This document shows, one piece after another, positions 28,868 to 41,300 of a DNA stretch of 64,000 bases. The DNA lies in the NCBI GenBank assembly GCA_964016885.1, contig OZ024741.1, forward strand, positions 287,556,001 through 287,620,000, in the 5' to 3' direction. Under the pieces are notes generated by a model, which did not search any database, was not told the origin of the DNA, and saw nothing but the letters and a program-made list of their open reading frames with translations. The stretch's first letter is position 1; each line of letters begins with the position of its first letter. A program made the position numbers and the translations under genes. Origin of the DNA: Eledone cirrhosa. Its lineage: Eukaryota.

Positions 28868-28977
28868 CCCGCTGATGAAGCCGCATAAGCCGATTGTGCA
28901 TTGTTGCATAATATATGCAGTCGGATGGTGCAGTGCATTTTACTGCTGCATTAGTGCGGTAGAAACTCGAGTTCGGG
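28868..28977 (+). ncRNA. Type I hammerhead with an extended (~80-nt) stem II
   Basis: cccg CTGATGA agccgca...tgcggta GAAA c tcga g TT cggg; palindromic loop III. Confidence 0.7.
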
Positions 28978-29114
28978 AACCATTATAAGCACCCGTTTTA
29001 CGTGTGTTGTGTTAAAGCAAATAACTATGTGTATACTCTAGGAATGTATCTTACATTGCCCATTGAGTACGCTGGCATTGATAAATATGCTCGGTCCGTC
29101 AACTCCACATTATA

Positions 29115-29149
<35 letters not shown>

Positions 29150-29152
<3 letters not shown>

Positions 29153-29268
29153 GGAAAAAGTATGACCCAGACGGCAGAGCTCAAGCCCTTTCAACGGCAA
29201 TTTCTGGACTCCAGAAATAACCGTCGAAACTGCTTGAGCTCTGCCGTCGGGGTCATACTTTTTCCTAT
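29150..29268. repeat. Imperfect 119-bp palindrome next to (TA)n
   Basis: ataggaaaaagtatgaccc..atttctgga-c-tccagaaat..gggtcatactttttcctat. Confidence 0.9.
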
Positions 29269-29344
29269 TTCTCACTCTACTACCCTAAGTATTGAGTACT
29301 CTGGTGCGCTATGGTCCATCTGGTTCCTTACCACAATTCCTTTG

Positions 29345-29388
<44 letters not shown>

Positions 29389-29399
29389 ATATATATATA

Positions 29400-29463
<64 letters not shown>

Positions 29464-29604
29464 AGGAACGATCGACTTTCGTCAAATGGGACCGAGAGAA
29501 CAATGGTTCCATTGGTCTTTCCAGTTGCGAATACTATCTATCGGTTGCAACTCCAGGTAGAACGTGAAATAAAGTGTCTTGTTCAAGGACATAACGCATC
29601 GCCC

Positions 29605-29686
<82 letters not shown>

Positions 29687-29715
29687 GCATATCTACATCC
29701 ACATACATATACATA

Positions 29716-30601
29716 CAAGGTGGGTCAGAAAAGTTCCAGGACTGATGTCACATAAGATTTATTTCAAACCCAAACTTCACACTAAGAGTTTTCTCCTTCA
29801 AAGTAATCCCCCTGGAGTCTAATGCACTTTTCCATCCTTTTCTGCCACACTTGCATGCACTCCTGGAAGGATTCTTCCAGGATCCTCCGCAGTTCCGTCG
29901 CCACGGCCTTTTTGATGTCGTCCACGTCTTCAAAACGGGGCGTACTCGAAGATCCATGACTCATCACCGGTGATGACTGTCCCTAGCAAGTCTGGTTCGG
30001 TTTCAAGACGCTCAAGGATGACCTGGCACACTTGCATGCGTCGACCCTTTTGGTCATCGTTCAGCAGTTTTGGCACCATCTTCGCGCAGACTTTCCACAT
30101 GTCCAAATCTTCAGTGAGAATCTTCCAGACGCTGTCCCGATTCATGCCCAGCTCATTTGCCATCAGTCGAACAGTCAGCCGACGATCGCTACGCACCATC
30201 TGCCTGACGCGCTCAACGTTGACTGCAGTCCTGGTTGTTGAGAGCCTTCCGCTCCTGGGGTCATCTTCCACGTCCTCGCGTCCTTCTTTAAACCTCTTGC
30301 ACCATTCAAAAACACGTGAGTGTGACATCGTCTCATCTCCATACACTTGCTGCAGCAATCCCAGTGCTTCTGACAGAGTTTTCAAGTTTGTTCGTTGCTC
30401 TGTGCTCATTGCTTGGCGACCTGAAACAGAGGACATGTATATAAAATTAGGAAGAAAAAAGTTTGATCGCTGCAGAGAGCTAAGATTACAGTTACATACT
30501 CCAGGGGGGATTATTTTGAAGGAGAAAACTCTTAGTGTGAAGTTTGGGTTTGAAATAAATCTTTTGTGACATCAGTCCTGGAACTTTTCTGACACACCTC
30601 G
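29716..30601 (-). mobile_element. Internally deleted mariner transposon with ~95-bp TIRs
   Basis: TA at both flanks; ORF has HTH region, CAKMVPKLL and ITGDESWIFEY, then jumps to C-terminal RFEDVDDIK...GDYFEGEN. Confidence 0.92.
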
Positions 30602-30664
30602 TACACAGGTTTGTAGATACACACACATGAACATACATACATACACATACACCCCAAACATAAT

Positions 30665-32137
30665 GCTTTCTTTATTAACCACAAGGGTTTACACAAAGTA
30701 AGACATTAAGGACAGTACAGGACAATACAGGACGGTACAAATGGGCATTACTGCGTGTAAAAAAACAGAGGATGTAACAAAAAAAGGAAACAATGAAAAA
30801 TTCCCCAATAGGGGGGAGACTTCCGAGGGTCATTCGTGGAGAAAGTCCATTAAAAAAGTCACGGTGACCCTGACTACCAGGGCAAGTACCCTCTCCCAGT
30901 TTTCCACCTTCAATTTACAGGCACATACTCAGAGTAGGCCCATTTACACGGGCTATTCTTGCCTCTCTCACCCATCTTTCAACAAAATACTGGGAAGAGA
31001 GCACTTCCCTCTCTACCCTGATTTTCGTTTTCAAGTGAAATTTGAAAAAGTTAATCAGTGCATCACCGAAGAGGTAAGTGCTCGTCTTCACCCCTTTCAA
31101 ACGCGTCTACCATACTATCTCTTTCGCCACCAAACATAAAAATTGATTGCCCTTCCCGGCTAAAGGAAGAGGGCGGGGCAATCCTCACGATGGACTCAGC
31201 TGATAGCCCGATCCGTCCTACATGCGACAGCAGGTGTTCGACATAAACCCTCAAGTCAGCAATGCTCGGACACTGGACGAGTGCGTGCAGGACGGTTTCG
31301 TTGTCCTGCGCGCATCTCGGACATGCCCGGCTGACGGCACCTCCATGCCTGTAGAGTTTATCCCGAACTGGCAAAGCTCCTCGGTAGCCCTGCCAGGCCA
31401 GGGATTTCTGGAAGTTGTCCATAGGCCCCGGTCCGAAAGTTCTTCCGAAGAGATTGGCTAGTTGATTTTCGTCGTCGCCTAGAGTTTCCCCAAGTACGTC
31501 GTCGCTCTTCCTCTCCACTAATCCTCTATAGAACGCCAATGTGGAGTTTCCACCGATCACATTGCCCGATTGGTCGAGGGCTGTGAGCGCCTGAAGACAT
31601 TCCAGTCTCCAAGCGCTCCCTCTCGGTCTTCGCTTGATCCAGGACTGCAGCTCCGTCAATGAGACGAGCTGGGCAAAGACGCGTCTAGCAAACAGCGACC
31701 ACACCTGATCACCGTCGAGGAAGAGGTGGAGATGTCGTAGCCTGAGCGCGTGTTTGTGCATCATCAGCCACGGCATGCCCAGCCCTCCACGTAGCGGGTA
31801 TTGACAGCAGGTGGACCGCCTGACCATCGGAGCGCGTCCCTTCCACAAGAAGCGAAAGAGCAAACGCTCCAGCGCAGTCAGGCAAGGCTTAGGACAAGGC
31901 ACGACGGTCAGGCGGTAGTAGATGACGGACGCGATGTACGCATTCGCCACCTCCGCTCGACCTTTCAGGGATAGCTTCCTCTCTGCCGATTTCTGGGTGA
32001 GAGAAGCCACCCTGCTCGTCACCTCGTCCCAGTTTTTGTCCGTCTGGAGGTTCGAACCGAACCAGACCCCTAGCAATTTAACCGGTCCGTCCGTCCAGTG
32101 CCCGATGACGCTGTTGGACGGCATGGACCTTCCTCTC
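30665..32137 (-). mobile_element. 5'-truncated Tx1/L1-group LINE (RT C-terminus plus CCHC zinc finger)
   Basis: VKLLGVWF, LSLKGRA, GGLGMP, ALPVRDKL...CPRC....ETVLHALVQC; diverged TSD-like catacaccc(c)aaa.ataat at ~30646 and ~32138. Confidence 0.85.
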
Positions 32138-32301
32138 CATACACCCAAATATAATACAAACACACACAAATACATCCACTTTACTCAACATACATACAAA
32201 TATGCTGTCATTCTGGGCCAACCAATACTTTATGAAATCCTTGAAATTGCCTGGTGTATTCCCAAAGCCAATTTGACACAGATGAACTGTCGGAAAGCCA
32301 C

Positions 32302-32380
32302 TAGCAGTAGTAGTAGCAGCAGCAGCAGCAATAGTAGTAGTAGTACTAGTAGTAGTAGTAGTAGTAGTAGTAGCAGCAGC

Positions 32381-32427
<47 letters not shown>

Positions 32428-32437
32428 CAGCAGCAGC

Positions 32438-32497
<60 letters not shown>
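32302..32497. repeat. (AGT)n/(AGC)n triplet repeat
   Basis: Direct reading. Confidence 0.95.
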
Positions 32498-32644
32498 TGC
32501 ATTAGGCTGATGATTACGCTATTCCAGACCAGACCATGCGATTTTTCCAACATTATGTGTATATGTATAATATCAGAAATCATTATGTGTGTATGTATAT
32601 ATGTATGTGTATATATGTAGGTATGTATGTTTGCATGTATGTAA

Positions 32645-33740
32645 ATTATCTCTTTCTCTTAATTTCGAGTATATTTTTTTAACCGGCCACCTTCCTGGTG
32701 GCAAGGTTGTAAAAAAAAAGAAATTGTCATCTCTTGAATCGCAAGAATGTTTTGCAAATTTTGAAGGTGCCAGCTATCGCAGCCATTTGTAGACTATGAA
32801 TTAGGGAGCTGCGCTCTTTGTCCGCAAATCCAAGTTCAGTCATACTTTGGTCCAAGCGGGTTGGTATATAACCCGTAGCTCCAATAATGATGGGTATGAA
32901 GCTAAAGGTGTATCTTGGATACTGGATTTGTAAACTCCTCATCAATGGTCCGTAGATGTCCCCCTTCTCCTGTATTTTTCTGACAACGTTTACATCAAGT
33001 GGGCAGCTGATCTCCACAACAGAACACGTTTCCAATGTGTGGTCCCAAACAACAATATCAGGCCGGTTGTGCTTTAATTTGGTGGCAGTTTTTATTTTCA
33101 GGTTCCACCAGTATTCCTTAGTGCCATCTGTCTCAATATATTCTTCCTCGTTTGTTGTTAATTTTGTTTTCCGAAGTGCGTTCCAGATGGTTCTAGCTAT
33201 CCCATCGTGTCTCATGGGGAGGTAGTAGCGAGATGACATTCTTTCGCAGCTGGCAACAATGTGGCTTACATCCTCGATCTTTGTTTTACATAGCCTACAT
33301 TTATTGTCAGCTGCTGGCCCTCCTCTTTTGTGCAGCAGACATTTGGTAGGGAGTTCTTGTTCCTGTATTGCATAGAGATATCCCTCAAGGTGTGATGTCA
33401 TAAACTTGTCGGAACTCCATGCCAGGCTTTTTGAGTGGTTTATTCCCTCTTTACGTCTCAAGTATCCATGCACAACTTTTTCTGTAAATTGGTCAATTTT
33501 TTCATCTTGTTTGAACATTGAATAGGATCTTCCGATTTCTCTGGGTGAGAGATTTATATCAGGCTTTATTCCATATCTCTCCTCCAAATCAGTCGCTATT
33601 CTAATGATATTTTTTTTTCCATGCTCATAAACCTGGGCAAGATTGTTGCCAACCTTTTTCCTCTGTTGCAGGTGTTGCTTCAGTTTTACTATCCGGGTCT
33701 CATATGATGTTAATATGGATTTTAGACTCTGGCCACCTTC
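32645..33740 (-). mobile_element. R4/Dong-like RLE LINE, 5'-truncated copy
   Basis: ORF 32727-33587: CRLC...HIVASC zinc finger, RHD, RPDIVV, EISCP; near-identical to 45303 and 48219 ORFs; flanked by (TATG)n. Confidence 0.9.
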
Positions 33741-33802
33741 GTGTATGTATGTATGTATGTATGTATGTATGTATGTATGTATGTATGTATGTATGTATGT
33801 AT

Positions 33803-34080
33803 GTGAAGGGGCGTCGCTCTGTGGTTAAGGTGTTCGGCTCACAATCGTATGGTCGTGAGATCGATTCCCAGCGGCGCAGTGTACCCTTGAGCACGACACT
33901 GGCAAAAATGAGTTGTACCTGTAATTTGAAGGGTCAGCCTTGTTATGTTCAGAGAACTATGTTAAGGGCACACGTGTTTATGGAATGCTCAGCCATTTGC
34001 ACGTTAATTTTACGAGCAGGCTGTTCCGTTGATTGGATCAACTGTAACACTCGTCGTCGTAACCGACGGAGTGCCAATAG
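33803..34080 (+). mobile_element. Family B SINE
   Basis: gtgaaggggcgtcgctctgtggttaag...gatcgattccc...cccttgagcacgacact. Confidence 0.7.
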
Positions 34081-34220
34081 TGGTATGTATGTATGCAGGT
34101 ATATATGTATATATGTATGTATGTATGCATGTATATATATATGTGTGTGTGTATGTATGAATGTATACATGTATGTATATATGTATGTTTGTATATGCCT
34201 GTATGTATGCATTTATATAT

Positions 34221-34689
34221 ATATGACCCTCCCCAAGTATAACAATATATATATATATTGTTATACTTGGGGAGGGTCATATTTATGTAATAATATTGCC
34301 AGAATTAATAACAGAACACACTCACTGTTTGGTTGGTATTCGCTTCTGTGTCTTTTATATCGGTTAATTTAATTTATTCGGTCATCAATGTTGCCATTGA
34401 CTGACCAACGGTCAAAAATACAGATACAATATAGACACAAACACATATATATATAGTCTAACAAAGTTCTTTCGTTGCACATCTGCAACATCGTCAGTGG
34501 TGCTATTATGTTTCCTCCCGTTGCATTGTATGCCTACGCCATCTTTATTTAGTCTGTTTATTTATTTATTTATTTGTTTTTGTTTTTTTGTTTTGTTTTT
34601 TTTTTGTATTCTCTGCGCATGCAGTATAACAATATTTGTTTCGACACACGATTTCATATCAAAAACCTCGCAAAACTAATTCATCGCCG

Positions 34690-34690
<1 letters not shown>
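34221..34690 (-). mobile_element. Solo P1-related pLTR fragment with terminal 62-bp palindrome and decayed hammerhead
   Basis: 34221-34282 perfect palindrome; minus strand CTGACGA tgttgca gatg tgcaac GAAA gaac TT at ~34460-34500. Confidence 0.7.
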
Positions 34691-34767
<77 letters not shown>

Positions 34768-34772
<5 letters not shown>

Positions 34773-37700
34773 TTATTAAAATACAAATATTAATAAAATA
34801 GATGTTCTTTTGATCAATTAAATTTTATTATACATATTTTAGAGGTACCTAAAATATAATGATACATGACATACCCTGAGATGTTAAATGGTTAAGATTT
34901 AATCAAGGTAGTGATTAACCTAAGAGAAAACTCAACATTTATACCCTAATAATGAGAAAATGCGAAAACGTAATAAATTCAATAGAGAATGTGTGAGTAA
35001 GAAAGACGTTGGTTAATGTGACAGCTATAGAGATTTTAAAATGTAGCATACTACAAGTTATGGTTATCTATGAAAAACAACTCATGAATTATATCTGTCC
35101 ATGAAGTCCGCTGGAAGAGAATTTATAGAGAGGGGAACATAAAGGGGAGTAATATATGCAGAAAGAGATTTTTTTTCCCAAAAGCTAAACGGTTAAGTTT
35201 CAAAATATTTAATTTATGTTATTTTAAGGGTGAAGAATCAAGATTTTAGGTTTTTTTTAAAGTTGCTGGTTATTTATATTTATTAATTTTATAAATTCTA
35301 TAAGTGTGTTAACATTTCTAAACTTCTGAATTTTATGAGGATAAAATTTAAAGGATTTACCTGGCCAGCGAAAGGAAAATTTACACTGTTGAATATTTTT
35401 TCCCTAAATGTAATCTTTAACGAAGATTACCTATAAAAATGTCAACATATTCGGTATGTAAAGCTTATGAAGTACTTATTGTTAGAAATATTTAAATAAC
35501 GATTAGGTATATAGAGATATATTAATGAACCAGTATATTTTAGGTAAATGATAACGAATATAAAATAATAGATTCAAACATGCTAAAGTTAAATAGATAC
35601 ATATATATATATAAGGGTATAAATGCATGAATTATTCACAGTTCAAAATAAATAATAATCTAAAAATTTAGAAGTTATCTAAAAATTATGAATAGAGAGA
35701 TACAGAGAGGTATATATAGATATATATTAAGTATTAGTGATACAGTATACTTTAAGTAAATGATAGCGATTATAATCTTATATAATAGATTTCAACGTGT
35801 TACAGTTAAATACATACATATATATAAGAAAAATAATAATAAATGCATGGATAATTCAGAGTTCAAAATAAGGTCCGTAATAATTTACAGGTTGGATTTT
35901 TGCTCTATATTTGAATCATGGATAGAAAAATAAGGTGGGTATATTTAAAAACTTACAAAAGATAAATACATACATATTATTTAAAAAAATGTAAACACAT
36001 GAATAATTCACAGTTAAAAATAAGTTCCGTTAAAATATATGGGTTGGATATTTAAACTAAAATTTAAAACTTAGATAGGAAAATAAAGATAGAGAAATAA
36101 TGGTATGGATCAAAGTTAATAATATTATATTATGCCTATCAACGTGTCAGCGTGTTATTGAACAAGTGTCATTCATTCGAGCGTTATTTCTTCTATAGAT
36201 AGTTATAAGATAATGCAATATTAAAGGCCATTAAAGTTTTTCCCTGTTGGTTATTTACGTCTGAAAACCAAGTTTTTAATGGTTTAGTGTTTCTTTCTTT
36301 TTTTTCTGGTTTTGTGGGAGGCTAAGAATGTAGACGTAGCTTTATGAAGACAACTAGAGAATAATTCACTTTTTTGTTAATTAGGGTCTCATGGTTATTA
36401 ATAATCAACAGGGTCCCCGTTGTACAGAGCGCACAGTTATTTGATATACTAGAGTTGCGGTAAACTCCACAATTCCGAAGTTTTGTCCAAAGAATGGAGT
36501 ATTTTAAATTCCTCTCTTTTAATGACCATATGAACTGGGATAAAGAAGTGGATGATTTCCTCTTGGAGTTCGAGAATGAGCATTTATGGTTCGCAAATCT
36601 GGCTTTAAATGTAGAAGTCGATCGTATGTAGTTGTATGTGTTGTGATTAGTTTTTACGGTGCATTTATAAACCAAATTACTATCTAGACAATTATTTTGC
36701 AGAGGGCAGTCAGTTTTATTTCTACAATTACATTTTGGTTTAGTATCATTTATGTTAACGCTATTATTAAGATCATTATGCTGGTTTTGTTTTAGAATTT
36801 TAGTGTTTAATTTGGCAATGTTTTGGGCCATGTTCATAGTTGTAGAATACGAGAATTTAATGGTGTGTCTATTAAAAATGGAATGGTATTTATGTTGAGT
36901 AGGGAAAGAGGTGTCCAAAGCATTAAAGAATAATTTTGCAATTGGTGTTCTAACTGCGACCGAAGCAGGGGGTGGCGAACCATATGACTGATTTAGTTCT
37001 AGTTCTTTTCCTCAATTTATTTGGGTGTTTGAATTATAATTATTAGAGTTTCTCTTATATATGTTATTATTTTTATCAAGATTAATACTTGGATTATTAT
37101 TATCTACATATTCTATATTATTCACATATCCTGCTCTTTTTAACGCGTTGTTGTAGTATTCAGCGTTTTCATCAAATATAGCTTTATTGGCTGATATTTT
37201 ATTAATTCGTTTTTGCACACTATTTACTATAGCTTTTTTTACAGATTTAGGGTGATTGGAATGGTTACTAACATAGTTTAAGTTTTCATTGGGCTTATGA
37301 AAAGGGTAATAGAAGCCAGTGTTTAAGTTAAAGGTAACGTCTAGGAAATTAACTATTTTGGTACCATTTTCTACTTCTAACTTAAGGTCATACATTTTAA
37401 AGAATTCTATTATACTTTTCTTTACTCTATTTAGTTCTATATTGTTGTGTTTGACCACCGTAAATAAAATGTCGTCCCTATATAAACCACCGGTAATCTC
37501 CGGCAGTTTTCTATTTATCATATTTAATATGAAAATTCCCAGAAGATCCATGATTTGCGCGGAATCGGATGCCCCCATAGTGATATCAAAGTTTCTATCT
37601 CTATCTGAGCGGGTCCAATATTCATTGTTGAAGTTAATAAGAGTTCTTCTGGTTGTTAGTATGATATCAATTTCATCCGCGGTTATATCAGTATGCTTAT

Positions 37701-38220
37701 AAGCATATGAAAGAGCCTTATTTAGAAGGTTAGGTGTTATGGAAGAATAGTAGCTTGTAATGTCTATCTGGATGAATTTATGGTTTTTCTTATCATCTAT
37801 ATTCCTGTACCATTCTATGACTTCGTTTGTATCTTTCCACAAGCTCAAATTAGATCTCAATTTAAGAGTGGGTAATATTCTATCTATGATGGTTTTACTG
37901 ATTGCTCCAATATCCGATTTGGATGGAGCAATCAATCTAACTGGCACCTCTTCCTCAAAGTTTCTTTGGTGATCCTTCAAGTTAATCCTCGGCTGCCTAG
38001 GTAAGAATGGCTCGGTTCTTCCTTCTATTCCTAAATTGGTAATTAATTTATAGGCTTCTTCGTTAATTTCAGTAAGATCATCAGCCGGGGCTTTTTTGTA
38101 ATTTTTCCTAAGTTCCTTTAAAATCAAGTTGTTATATTCATCTTTGTTTCTCCCATATAAATTATTAGTTTTGTCCGATTTAACCAATACTTTGTTAACA
38201 TTTTTTATTTCCATGATTTT
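34768..38220 (-). mobile_element. Penelope-like element, family P3 (RT, GIY-YIG and long AT-rich 3' region)
   Basis: ORF 37012-38214: LKDH, VRLIAPSKS, FIQIDITSYYSSI, FDITMG, GGLYRDD, VNFLDVTFNL, SNHP; ORF 36322-36918: CNCR..CPL..C, LVYKC..YI..TFKARF..H; 3' boundary approximate. Confidence 0.88.
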
Positions 38221-38364
38221 GTGTGTATTGCGTGCTTAGTTACATGTATAGATAAGAAATGCATAATCTGTAAACTAAGCCCCATATTAACTGTAAAACT
38301 AGAAATGTAGTATATAGCATAAGATGTACTGAAGGACAATGTAAAGATAAGAATATAGTGTACA

Positions 38365-41300
38365 CTAGCAGTTTAGCCCGGCGTTGCTCGGGTTTGTTCA
38401 TTTGCTATGAAAAGTTACATACAGGTAAACGTGGCTTGAAAGCGAATAAGCTTATCAATTAAGTGCATAAAGCAGTTGAACCGGTTATTAAAAGTTACGA
38501 AACAATTAGCATTTTGGTAAATCAATGATATGTTAATAATCTTCCAATAGCGAATTTAGTAGACCAAAGATGGTGGGCCTGATGCTGCTGGGTGTCAGAT
38601 CTGTCCGCCATGGGATACCCTACCAGGAAATAGTGTTCCAGACGGCATAGCTCCAACACCTGCACCAAGATCTATAGCACCTCTTTGTAGACGATATTGC
38701 GTGTCATCCCTTGAGGAGAGTAAGCAAAAAGTCCATTCTTGCTCCCTACGCGGGAACAGGCAACATAAAGTTAGTTGGCCATGGGAGAAGCATGGCTCCC
38801 CCAAATGGATGCTCGCCACCGACACTGTTTGCCCTTGTGACTTGTTAATGGACATGGCAAAACATGGTCTCACCGGGAATTGGGATCGCCGGAAATCGAA
38901 CGGGATATCTGACGCCGAGAGGAAAAGGTTGATCCTTGGAATGAAAACATTCTCCCCTCTTCCGCACCCCGTTACAATGGTGGCCTCAATCAAGTGGGGT
39001 GTCAGTGACTTGAGGACCATTCGAGTACCGTTGCACTGCTTTGGTGGACACAAGTTCCTTATTAGCATAATAGGACAGCCCACCCTAAGCTTAATAATGT
39101 GAGGTGGGAGCCCTGGGGGCTCAAGGGAATTTAAATACTCAACCTGATAATTAACGATATTGTCGGGGTCTGACGTCCGGTCGATAGATTTGGAGATGTG
39201 CTCTTTACCGGGAATCTTCTCAATCAGCTGCTCGTTAATAAAATTAATCATGGTATTTTTCCTTTGCCGAAAATCCCCTGATAGCAGAAGGGTTACGCCA
39301 CCCATAGAAGCCGTAGAATCCCTGTCTTTCAGGGTCCCATCCAAATGCCTCAAGGGCACCCTTGTGTGCCATTGTGCACTCATCCCAAACAATAAGGCAA
39401 CATCTTTTGAGAACCAGAGCTTTGTGTGAACTCTTGCTGATATTGCATGTTGGTGTCTCAGTTTTTACTAAATCCAAAGGGAGTTTAAAGGTTGAATGTG
39501 CCGTCCTGCCTCCCGGCAGCAAAGTGCAGCGATCCCGAACGATGCAACGGACAACGCAACTTTTTTCTCCTGACGAATCTTAGCGAGAATCAATTTCGTT
39601 ACAAAAGTTTTTCCGGTACTCCCAGAAGCGTTTTTATTGGGGGGGGGGGGTATTGGGGGGATCCGTTTTTTATTTGGAGGGTCCGTTTTTTTATTGGGGG
39701 GGGGGGGTATTTGGAATCCGTTTTTATTTGGTAGGGTGTCCGTTTTTTATGGGGGGTCCGTTTTTTTATTGGGGGTCCGTTTTTATAGGGGGGTTATGGG
39801 GGGCGTTTTTTATTGGGGGGATCCGTTTTTTATGAGGGGGATCCGTTTTTTATTAGGGGGGAGTTTATTTGGAATCCGTTTTTATGGGGGGTACGTTTTT
39901 TATTGGGGGGTCCATTCTTTATGGGGGGTCCGTTTTTATGGGGGGGGGCGTTTTTTATTGGGGCGATCCGGTTTTTATTTGGGGGTCCGTTTTTATGGGG
40001 GGGGGGCGTTTTTTATTTGGAATCCGTTTTCTATTGGGGGCGGTCCATTTTTTTATGAGGGGTGCTTTTTTATTTGGGGGGGGTCCACTTTTTTATGGGT
40101 GGGGCGTTTTTTATTTGGCTGGGTGCGTTTTTTATTGGGAGGGTGTCCGTTGTCTATGGGGGTCCATTTTTTATTTGGGAGGGGGTTATTTGGAATCCGT
40201 TTTTCATTGGGGGGGGTCTGTTTTTTATTGGGGTGGGGGGTCAGTTTTTTTATAGGGAGAGGGGTCTGTTTTTTATGGGTGTCCGTTTTTTATTTGGGGG
40301 GGCCCTTTTTTATGGGGGAGCCCGTTCTTTATTGGTGGGTCCGTTTTTTATGGGGAAATCCGTTTTTTATTGATGGGGGGGATGTTTTTTATTAAGGCGG
40401 GTCCGTTTTTTATTGGGGGATCCGTTGTTTATTGGGGGGGGGCTTTTTATTTGGGGGGAGGGGCGTTTTTTATTTGAAAACCGTTTTTTATTGGGAGGTG
40501 TCCGTTTTTTATGGGGGGTCTGTTTATTTGGGGGGTCCGCTTTTTTATGGGGGGTCGTTTTTATTTGGGGGGTGCGTTTTTTATTGGTGGGTGTCCGTTT
40601 TCTATGTGGGGATCCGTTTTTTATTTGAGAGGGAGGGTTATTTGGAATCCGTTTTCCATTGGGGGATCCGTTTTTTATTGTGGTGGGGGATCAGCTTTTT
40701 TATTGGGGGGGTCCATTCTTTATGGGGGAGCCCGTTCTTTATTGGGAGATCCGTTTTTTATTTGGGGGGTCCGTTTTTTATGGGGGGATCCGTTTTTTAT
40801 TGGGGGGGGTCCATTTTTTATGGGGGAGCCCGTTCTTTATTGAAGGGATCCGTTTTTTATTTGGAGGTCCGTTTTTTATGGGGGATCGGTTTTTTATTTG
40901 GGGGGGTTATTTGGAATCCGTTTTTAATTTGGGGGTGGTGTCCGTTTTTTATTTGGGGGGTCCGTTTTTTATTAGGGCGGGTCCGTTTTTTATTTCGGTG
41001 GGGGGGGGGCTTTTTTATTTGGGATTCGTTGTTTATTGGGGGGGGGGGCGTTTTTATTTGGGGAGAGGGGGAGTTTTTATTTGGAAACCGTTTTTTATGG
41101 GGGGGGGCCGTTTTTTATTGGGGGGTTCCGTTCTTTATTTGGGGGGATCCGTTTTTTATTGGATGGGGTCCATTTTTTTATTGGGGGGAGGGAGGGGGCG
41201 TTTTTTATTTTGAATCCGTTTTTTATGGGGGGGTATTTGGGGGGAGGGGGCGTTTTTTATGGGGCGGTCATTTTTTATTGGGGGGTCCGTTTTTTATTTC

